Source: Candidatus Kuenenia stuttgartensis (lineage in GTDB: Bacteria > Planctomycetota > Brocadiia > Brocadiales > Brocadiaceae). From it: a DNA stretch of 32,000 bases. This document shows, one piece after another, positions 25,943-32,000 of the stretch. Each line of letters starts with the position of its first letter. Position 1 is the first letter of the stretch. Location: the NCBI RefSeq assembly GCF_900232105.1, contig NZ_LT934425.1, positions 1,950,001 through 1,982,000 of the forward strand. Direction: 5' to 3'. Position numbers and translations under genes: made by a program. The notes beneath the pieces are model-generated. The model did not search any database. It had not been told where the DNA came from and saw only the letters and a list, made by a program, of their open reading frames with translations.

Positions 25943-27415
25943 ATGAGAAAAATACCGAGAACAATGAGTACGCAGCATCCCGACAATGTAATAATGCCGT
26001 TTTTTACGGAGGGAGCCCCTTTTCATGGCGAAGATGAAATAAAAGAGGCATATTATGTGTTTTCTCATTTGCGATGTGATGAACAGATGTGGGATTGCGA
26101 AGGGAAGGAAGTGGATGAATTTGTCATCAAGAAGTTGCTCACGCGGTATGAAAATTTTTTCAAAAACAAGAGGATTGGCAAGGATCTGTTTATTACCTTG
26201 CGCGCGCCGAATCCGGCGTATGAGATGAGTGAGGCAAAAATACTTCTTGAAACCCTGGAAAGCGCCCCGCGTTCCTACGATACCGCCAGGATATTTTACG
26301 GAGATGGCGCGGTGCCGCCTATTTTTGAAGTTATTATTCCCATGACGACCAACGCTGATATCATAAACCGCGTATATCATTATTATCATGATTTTGTGGT
26401 GGGCAAACAGTATAAGAAATGTTTCAGCGGAGATATTACCATCAGGGAATGGATTGGCGAGTTTATGCCGGAGACTATAGAGGTTATTCCCCTGGTTGAA
26501 GATGTCCAATATATGCTTTCTGCCGATGCCATAGTACAGGATTATTTGAAAGATAAAAACTTTCCCTATCAGCGAGTTTTCCTCGGACGTTCTGATCCCG
26601 CGCTGAACTACGGTTTTCTGCCTGCCGTACTGGTGGTAAAAATCGCCTTGCAAAGATTAAACCTGTTGCAGGAAAAGCTTAAAATTCCGATATATCCCAT
26701 TCTTGGCGTAGGCTCCAACCTTTTTCGGGGAAACATGACGCCGTTTAACGTGAAAGAATGCCTCAATGAATACCCGAGCGTTCAGACGTTTACCATACAA
26801 TCTGCCTTTAAGTATGACTACGATGAGGAAGTAGTCAGAAAGGCTGTTGAAACAATCAATAATCAGGAAAGAAAGCCGCCGGTGGTAATTGACGAAGAAA
26901 CCGCATTGGATATTACGAAAAGATTATCGTCCGCTTACCGGGAGCAAATCAAGGAGCTTGCACCTTTGATCGGTGATATAGCGCGGTTTGTTCCCAGGAG
27001 AAGGATGCGCAAGCTGCATATCGGGCTCTTTGGGTATTCAAGAAACGTGGAGGGGATTACCCTGCCAAGGGTAATATCTTTTTGCGCCGCCTTGTATTCG
27101 ATTGGATTACCGCCTGAATTGTTAGGGCTGCACGCCCTCACCGGGAAAGACCTCTCATTTCTTAAAACAGCGTATCCCGGTTTCTTTGAAGATATTTCGA
27201 TAGCTGCGTCCTACTACAATGAAGACGTTAAAAAACTAATATCTCCAAAAATTGCAAAGGATATTGAAAAAGCATTGGGCGTGACAAACTATGTAGAAAA
27301 TCTCCTGCATAGCGAATATACCACCCAAATCATCAATGCCCTGCTTTCAAAAAAAGAGGAAACCGTTTCTGAAAACATTATTTCCGCTGGAAAGGTGAGG
27401 GGATTCCTTGGATAA
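25943..27415 (+). CDS. ppcA: Archaeal-type phosphoenolpyruvate carboxylase (atPEPC)
   Basis: 490 aa. The N-terminus MRKIPRTMSTQHPDNV carries the hallmark of the short archaeal-type PEPC family, and the length fits about 55 kDa (classical bacterial Ppc is about 100 kDa). Confidence 0.88.
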   Translation: MRKIPRTMSTQHPDNVIMPFFTEGAPFHGEDEIKEAYYVFSHLRCDEQMWDCEGKEVDEFVIKKLLTRYENFFKNKRIGKDLFITLRAPNPAYEMSEAKILLETLESAPRSYDTARIFYGDGAVPPIFEVIIPMTTNADIINRVYHYYHDFVVGKQYKKCFSGDITIREWIGEFMPETIEVIPLVEDVQYMLSADAIVQDYLKDKNFPYQRVFLGRSDPALNYGFLPAVLVVKIALQRLNLLQEKLKIPIYPILGVGSNLFRGNMTPFNVKECLNEYPSVQTFTIQSAFKYDYDEEVVRKAVETINNQERKPPVVIDEETALDITKRLSSAYREQIKELAPLIGDIARFVPRRRMRKLHIGLFGYSRNVEGITLPRVISFCAALYSIGLPPELLGLHALTGKDLSFLKTAYPGFFEDISIAASYYNEDVKKLISPKIAKDIEKALGVTNYVENLLHSEYTTQIINALLSKKEETVSENIISAGKVRGFLG

Positions 27416-27620
27416 TATTAGTCGATGTTACGAATGCCTTTTGGCAAAAGAAATATTTACCGGGGAATATGCTACACAACATCGCACAGGTTTAATACGG
27501 ACAACCGATCTATTCCACAGGCTAAATCCGCACGGCCTGTATATTAATTTACCTATTCACCGCCTGTAAAGCAATTTGAGTAAAATGCCAAATACGGCGC
27601 TTGACGGAAGGAGAGAAAAT

Positions 27621-28283
27621 ATGAACCGTTTGAACGTAGGCTGTATATATTCCTTAACTTTTCTGTTTTTTGTTTTACTGAATTTTTCCGGCTGTCAGAC
27701 TACATATTATAAAACAATGGAAAGGGTTGGTTACCACAAAAGGGATATATTTACAAATCGGGTAAAAGATACAAGAAATATTCTTGAAGAGACAGAGGAA
27801 CAATTCAAATCTGCACTGGTTGGATCCAGGTCGTTTGCTGATGCTGAAGGCAGCACGTATGAGCAAAAATATAATACGTTGAATAAAGAATATGAGAGAT
27901 GCCGTGATAAATCATTGTTGCTAAGTTCACATATTAAATCGATAGAAAAAGTAGCAGAAGCTTTTTTCAATGAGTGGGAAATGGAGTTAGAGCATTATGT
28001 AAGTAATTCGCTCAGGCAAGATAGCCAGGAAAAATTAGCGCAGAAAAGAGGCCAATATGAGCATCTTATAAATTCCATGAAATATATTGAGAGAAAAATG
28101 GACCCGGTACTCATCAATTTCCGTGACCAGGTGCTGTATTTGAAACATAATCTTAATACACAGTCGATTGTTTCTTTGCAGGATGAGCTTGCCCTGTTTG
28201 AAGATGAAGTCCTATCCCTGATTAAAGAGATAGAAATTTCCATTGGAATTGCCGACTCATTCATCAATTCAATAGTGAAATAA
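27621..28283 (+). CDS. DUF2959-like lipoprotein
   Basis: GGAAGGAGA Shine-Dalgarno 6 nt before ATG 27621. A lipobox-like signal ends LLNFSGC. The mature N-terminus YYKTMERVGYHKRDIFTNRVKDTRN...QFKSAL resembles DUF2959 proteins. The remainder looks like a coiled coil. Confidence 0.65.
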   Translation: MNRLNVGCIYSLTFLFFVLLNFSGCQTTYYKTMERVGYHKRDIFTNRVKDTRNILEETEEQFKSALVGSRSFADAEGSTYEQKYNTLNKEYERCRDKSLLLSSHIKSIEKVAEAFFNEWEMELEHYVSNSLRQDSQEKLAQKRGQYEHLINSMKYIERKMDPVLINFRDQVLYLKHNLNTQSIVSLQDELALFEDEVLSLIKEIEISIGIADSFINSIVK

Positions 28284-28284
28284 C

Positions 28285-28419
28285 GTGACGCTTTAGTTTT
28301 TGAAAAAGCAGGGGGCGAAGCATTTGCCCGTTTGGGTATGAACGAATTAAGACAATTTGTAGCAAATGCTTCGCCCCCCACTATGATTATTGGAATTTTT
28401 CAAAAAACCAAAGTGTTAC
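28285..28419. mobile_element. Family F2 palindromic element, complete copy (135 bp)
   Basis: The outer inverted repeat is GTGACGCTTTAGTTTTTGAAAAA versus TTTTTCAAAAAACCAAAGTGTTAC. The inner perfect 17-bp inverted repeat is GGGGGCGAAGCATTTGC (28311-28327) versus GCAAATGCTTCGCCCCC (28362-28378). It starts 2 nt after the upstream stop codon. Confidence 0.6.
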
Positions 28420-28458
28420 AAAAAAATGTATTTTGACAGTTAAAGATAATGAATATAT

Positions 28459-28585
28459 GTAACTATTCAGCGTAATTTATTAAACTACCGGAGATCAGAG
28501 CGCAACTCGTTCCCAAACCTTGTACTGAACATAGTGAAGTATCTGTTTGGGAACGAGCCGTGTATCGTTTATGCTGAATAGTTAC
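28459..28585 (-). mobile_element. MITE-like element, family F1, short copy (127 bp), inverted relative to the 8492 copy
   Basis: The terminal repeats are GTAACTATTCAGCGTAA (28459-28475) and TTATGCTGAATAGTTAC (28569-28585, 16/17). The subterminal 40-60 nt at each end match the opposite ends of the 8492-8749 copy with 1 mismatch each. The internal 13-bp arms CTCGTTCCCAAAC and GTTTGGGAACGAG are present. Confidence 0.75.
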
Positions 28586-28645
28586 ATTAATGCAAGAAAG
28601 AGAGAGACTTTTCGCGCTGCATTTATAGCGGGAAACCAATGTTAC

Positions 28646-29989
28646 ATGATTGCAAACCATTCAAAGACGTGCGCTTTTATAACCTTCGGCTGCAAGGTAA
28701 ATCAGTATGAAACACAGGCGCTTCGGGAATCCCTTATCGCAAAGGGATTTATGGAAATATCCCCTGAAATGGCGGCAGATGTTTATGTAATCAATACATG
28801 TACGGTAACTTCTGCAAGCGATGAGAAATCCCGTAATTATATAAAACGCCTGAAGAAGAAAAGCCCGAAGTCCTCCATTGTCGTCACCGGCTGTTATGCG
28901 GAATCAGACGCCGCGGCAATAAAGAAAATCGACGGCGTTAGCCATGTCATTACAAAGGCAGATGAATCATCCCTGGCAGAAATCATCGTCGGAAACGATG
29001 ATCCTTGTATCCCGCAAATCACTTCATTACCGCCATACCTTTTACAAAACAATACGTTCCAAAAAGATTCGATTTACCGCCTGAATATCAGCCGTTTTCA
29101 TGGGCATACCAGGGCATTTTTGAAAATAGAAGACGGTTGTGACATGTACTGCTCATATTGCATCATTCCTTATGTTCGCGGCGCAATCAAGAGCAGGAAA
29201 TGGCAGGATATTCATGACGAGGCAAAACGCCTTATCCATAATGGCTACAAAGAAATCGTACTCACGGGAATTCACCTTGGCGCCTATGGCAAAGAAATGT
29301 CTGACGGCATTTCACTTGTAAAAATTCTTGAAAGGTTGAGCGAATTTTCCGGTTTGGGAAGGATCCGATTAAGTTCTATTGAAGTAAACGAAATAACTCC
29401 GGAACTCATGCACCTCATTGCAGAGAGAAAAACCATATGCCCCCACCTTCACATTCCATTACAAAGCGGCGATGACCTGATTCTCAAAAGAATGAACCGG
29501 AAATACACTGCTGCTTACTATCAGGAAATTCTGGACACTATTCGCTCAAACATCAAATTACCCGCCATTACTACGGATGTCATGGTCGGTTTCCCGGGGG
29601 AAACGGAGAGGCACTTTCAAAATACTGTTGATTTTTGCACGAAGGCAGGCTACAGCCGCATGCATATATTCCCGTTTAGCATAAGAAAAGGGACGCCTGC
29701 CGCAAGTATGCAAAACCACTGTGCTTCACCGAGTATCACACAAAGGAAAGACCTGCTGAAGGCGCATGCCGACACGCTGTCATATGCGTACAAAAAACAA
29801 TTTCTTAATCATATTGGCGAAGTACTTGTTGAATGGGAAAGAGATGCGAAGACGAATAAATTATGTGGATATACGGAGAGATATATAAAGGTGCTCTTCG
29901 ATGGCCCTGATACACTGAAAAATTCCATTGTGCCGGTACAGATAGAAAGGATTGAGCGGTCGGATGTTTTTGGCAAACTTAATAATTAA
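28646..29989 (+). CDS. mtaB: Radical-SAM methylthiotransferase, MtaB-type (ms2t6A37 tRNA modification)
   Basis: The UPF0004 N-terminal domain has FGCKVNQYE, the radical-SAM cluster motif is CDMYCSYC, and a C-terminal TRAM-like domain follows. I prefer ATG 28646 (MIANHSKTCAFITFGC); the track start at 28547 lies inside the F1 MITE. Confidence 0.85.
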   Translation: MIANHSKTCAFITFGCKVNQYETQALRESLIAKGFMEISPEMAADVYVINTCTVTSASDEKSRNYIKRLKKKSPKSSIVVTGCYAESDAAAIKKIDGVSHVITKADESSLAEIIVGNDDPCIPQITSLPPYLLQNNTFQKDSIYRLNISRFHGHTRAFLKIEDGCDMYCSYCIIPYVRGAIKSRKWQDIHDEAKRLIHNGYKEIVLTGIHLGAYGKEMSDGISLVKILERLSEFSGLGRIRLSSIEVNEITPELMHLIAERKTICPHLHIPLQSGDDLILKRMNRKYTAAYYQEILDTIRSNIKLPAITTDVMVGFPGETERHFQNTVDFCTKAGYSRMHIFPFSIRKGTPAASMQNHCASPSITQRKDLLKAHADTLSYAYKKQFLNHIGEVLVEWERDAKTNKLCGYTERYIKVLFDGPDTLKNSIVPVQIERIERSDVFGKLNN

Positions 29990-30000
29990 CTACTCAATAA

Positions 30001-30121
30001 GCAGTCGGCGGTCTACAGTCGGCAATCAGCAATAAGCAGCCGGCAATCCTTTGTCCCCCGCTGGCGGGGGTGCAGTGGGTGGAAATTGTAGACTGTAGAT
30101 TGCCGACTGTGGATTGTAAAA
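30001..30121. repeat. REP-like compound palindrome (family F3) with central GC hairpin
   Basis: Forward units are GCAGTCGGCGGTC, TACAGTCGGCAATC and GCAGCCGGCAATC. The central hairpin CCCCCG-CTGG-CGGGGG is at 30055-30070. Reverse units are ATTGTAGACTGT and GATTGCCGACTGT. A 13-bp inverted repeat joins 30015-30027 and 30098-30110. It ends with the same GGATTGTAAAA tail as at 8024-8034. Confidence 0.6.
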
Positions 30122-30132
30122 AGGACTCCTGT

Positions 30133-30693
30133 ATGAGATATTTATTCATTGTAATTATATTTTTCACCTGTACTTTTTGCCCCTCCCTTTTATTTGCGTT
30201 GCCAGCAGATGATGTTGTTCCTCTGGTGGACCAGGAGTACTATTTTCACGTACACAGGGCGATGAAAGACGCCAAAAACTCCATTTTTTGCGTTATGTAC
30301 TCTGCAAACATCAACCCGAAATACCCGAAAAGCAAGGAATATCAACTGCTGGATGGGCTTGTCGACGCTCATAAACGAGGCGTAGCCGTAACGGTAATAT
30401 TTGAAAAAAACATTGCCTTCTGGGAAAAAGGAGCCAAGGGCAAAACGGTGGAAAAAAAGAGTCCGAAGGCATACGAGTTTCTCAAAGAAAAGGGTGTTCC
30501 TGTTTTTTACGACAGTGTTAAAAATATCACTCATAGCAAAATACTGGTTATCGATAATTACGTCACCATTCTTGGTAGTACAAACTGGACGTACAGCGCC
30601 TTGAATAAAAACCACGAGGCCTCCGTCCTGATCAAGTCCAGGAGCGTAGCGGAGTCTTTTCTTGCGAAACTCAATAAGATCCCAAGGGATTAA
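30133..30693 (+). CDS. Secreted single-HKD phospholipase D-family protein (Nuc-like)
   Basis: The HKD motif HSKILVIDNYVTILGSTNWT is intact (HxKx4Dx6GSxN). There is an N-terminal signal peptide (MRYLFIVIIFFTCTFCPSLLFA). I prefer ATG 30133; the track start at 30070 (GTG) lies in the F3 repeat. Confidence 0.8.
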   Translation: MRYLFIVIIFFTCTFCPSLLFALPADDVVPLVDQEYYFHVHRAMKDAKNSIFCVMYSANINPKYPKSKEYQLLDGLVDAHKRGVAVTVIFEKNIAFWEKGAKGKTVEKKSPKAYEFLKEKGVPVFYDSVKNITHSKILVIDNYVTILGSTNWTYSALNKNHEASVLIKSRSVAESFLAKLNKIPRD

Positions 30694-30742
30694 CCGAGAC
30701 TGCTTATTGATCATAAATGGCGCTTGTTTAGAATTTCAAATC

Positions 30743-30789
30743 ATTTTGTCATTAGAATTTGTTTCCTACTTCGTATTTCGAATTTCACG
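30743..30789 (+). repeat. Family F4 repeat copy
   Basis: ATTTTGTCATTAGAATTTGTTTCCTACTTCGTATTTCGAATTTCACG. It shares the core with the copies at 15692, 25419(-), 17522(-) and 12401(-). Confidence 0.6.
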
Positions 30790-30910
30790 AGTATCTTATT
30801 TCACCATTAAATATTTTGACAAAAATGCAAAGATATTACTGATAAGCACAAAGCCCTCCCCACTATGTTTCATTATTATCGACGGCAAATCTCTTTTTCA
30901 TCGAAAACAT

Positions 30911-30940
30911 TTTACAATAAAAGCGAATTGATAGTATAAT
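30911..30940 (+). promoter_or_regulatory. Sigma70-like promoter candidate (TTTACA-18 nt-TATAAT), possibly producing a leaderless mRNA
   Basis: TTTACA is at 30911-30916 and TATAAT at 30935-30940. The ATG of the next gene (30948) begins 8 nt after the -10 hexamer, and there is no Shine-Dalgarno. Confidence 0.35.
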
Positions 30941-30947
30941 GACACGC

Positions 30948-32000
30948 ATGGAAAATGTTACCCAATGGAACCTAATTTTTACCGGGCTTGAAGGTTTTGG
31001 CCTCCGTGCGATGGTGTTTATAATTGCAATAGCGATTCTCTTTTTTTCATGGTCGAGCATCAAAAATATCCGGCCTGTTTCCCGGCGCATACTCTTATTT
31101 TCTTTACGGCTGGCAGGAACCCTGCTGATAGTCCTTCTCCTTTTTCAACCACACCTGGAGCAAAAAGAGGTATTGAAGCTGAAAAATAAGGTGGTTTGCC
31201 TTCTCGATGCTTCGAAAAGCATGTCTCTTAAATGCGGAGATATTGCGGTTACCCGGGCACAGTTGCTTGATAATTTTTTTACGGAGAATGATGCTTTTTT
31301 CAAGGAACTGCAAAGTTCTTTTGACGTAAATTTCTTCACTTTTTCCGATATCCCAACGGAAACCTCCTATAAAGATATCAGGACGGGTATTACTCCAGAT
31401 GGAGAAGATACGGATTTTGCGCAAACTCTGAAATATTTACAACAACGTTACAAAGACGATAATGTGAAGGCTTTTTTCCTTTTTTCAGACGGGAAAGACA
31501 CGGTGGAACGCCCGGCGAATGTAAATGCCTCGGAGGTTATAGCAGGCATTGCAAGAGAATTTTCTTCCCCCTTTTTTACCTTTGCACCCGCAGAGAATAT
31601 GGAGGCAAGAGATGTTGCTTTAAGCAGCATTTCCTACAACACATTTACTTTTGCGCGAAACCCATGGAAGGTAGACGCCACGATAAAGGTGATGGGATAC
31701 AACAACCTGAAACTACCCGTTACGCTTAAAGAAGGGAGCGACATTATTTCTACAAAGGTTATCACTGCCAATGAAGAAGGTGAATACAACGTCACCCTCT
31801 CATTTACTCCATACAAAACAGGAACCTTTCTTTATACCGTATCGATTCCCGTTCAGCCGAAGGAAGCAATTACTGAAAATAATCAGGTAAGCTTTCTTGT
31901 TAAGATAGTGCGGGACAAGATCAGGGTAATGCATGTTTGCGGAAGGCCCTCATGGGACGAACGTTTTTTGAGACAAGCGCTGAAGAACGACCCGAACATT
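30948..32000 (+). CDS. Membrane-anchored vWA-like/BatA-related protein (N-terminal double-TM), 3' end outside the window
   Basis: Absent from the ORF track because it has no stop in the window: 351 codons stay open to the edge. Two N-terminal TM helices are followed by VVCLLDASKSM (vWA MIDAS-like DxSxS), FLFSDGKD, and later RVMHVCGRPSWDERFLRQAL. The pattern resembles Planctomycete/Verrucomicrobia aerotolerance-type membrane proteins. Confidence 0.6.
   Translation, partial: MENVTQWNLIFTGLEGFGLRAMVFIIAIAILFFSWSSIKNIRPVSRRILLFSLRLAGTLLIVLLLFQPHLEQKEVLKLKNKVVCLLDASKSMSLKCGDIAVTRAQLLDNFFTENDAFFKELQSSFDVNFFTFSDIPTETSYKDIRTGITPDGEDTDFAQTLKYLQQRYKDDNVKAFFLFSDGKDTVERPANVNASEVIAGIAREFSSPFFTFAPAENMEARDVALSSISYNTFTFARNPWKVDATIKVMGYNNLKLPVTLKEGSDIISTKVITANEEGEYNVTLSFTPYKTGTFLYTVSIPVQPKEAITENNQVSFLVKIVRDKIRVMHVCGRPSWDERFLRQALKNDPNI

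Noticed and set aside
25916-26653. 245-aa minus-strand ORF overlapping the start of the PEP carboxylase gene
   Set aside because: It is antisense to a gene with an unmistakable family signature, it has no recognisable motifs, and its 3' end overlaps the PEPC start region.

Overview
The window is about 40% G+C by eye and is mostly chromosomal housekeeping genes. It also holds an unusually dense set of short dispersed repeats and one decaying, G+C-richer island. My guess is a Planctomycete-like, possibly anammox (Brocadiales-type), genome. That guess rests only on the repeat style and a BatA/vWA-type membrane protein, so confidence is low. Gene order: ModE-like regulator (partial, -); birA (+), convergent with an oadG-oadB-oadA Na+-pumping oxaloacetate decarboxylase operon (-); a 730-bp gene-poor spacer; a sensor histidine kinase, a receiver-only regulator with Asn at the phospho-acceptor position, and an HD-GYP response regulator (+); mlaE-mlaF-mlaD (+). 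Next comes the island at about 12.4-15.7 kb (all -), with remnants of phosphoketolase, acetate kinase and a GH13 enzyme around intact PRC-barrel and HAD genes. After it: an Aas-like acyl-AMP ligase (-); a JAB/MPN-DinG Fe-S helicase fusion plus an SDR (+); an 820-bp very AT-rich spacer; a TPR protein; a class-V aminotransferase; a broken HD-superfamily gene with Cas3-HD-like and HDOD-like parts (-); archaeal-type PEP carboxylase; a DUF2959-like lipoprotein; mtaB; a secreted single-HKD PLD-family protein; and a vWA-like membrane protein that runs off the end. Four repeat families are visible. F1 is a MITE with perfect 17-bp terminal inverted repeats and an 8-bp target duplication. F2 is a GGGGCGAAGCATTTG palindromic element. 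F3 is REP-like CAGTCGGCAAT arrays. F4 is the ATTAGAATTTGTTTC motif. I found no rRNA, tRNA, CRISPR array, transposase or integrase. The most unusual single gene is the JAB-DinG fusion. I see no convincing multi-gene novel system, and every functional call is made by eye from motifs, not from searches.
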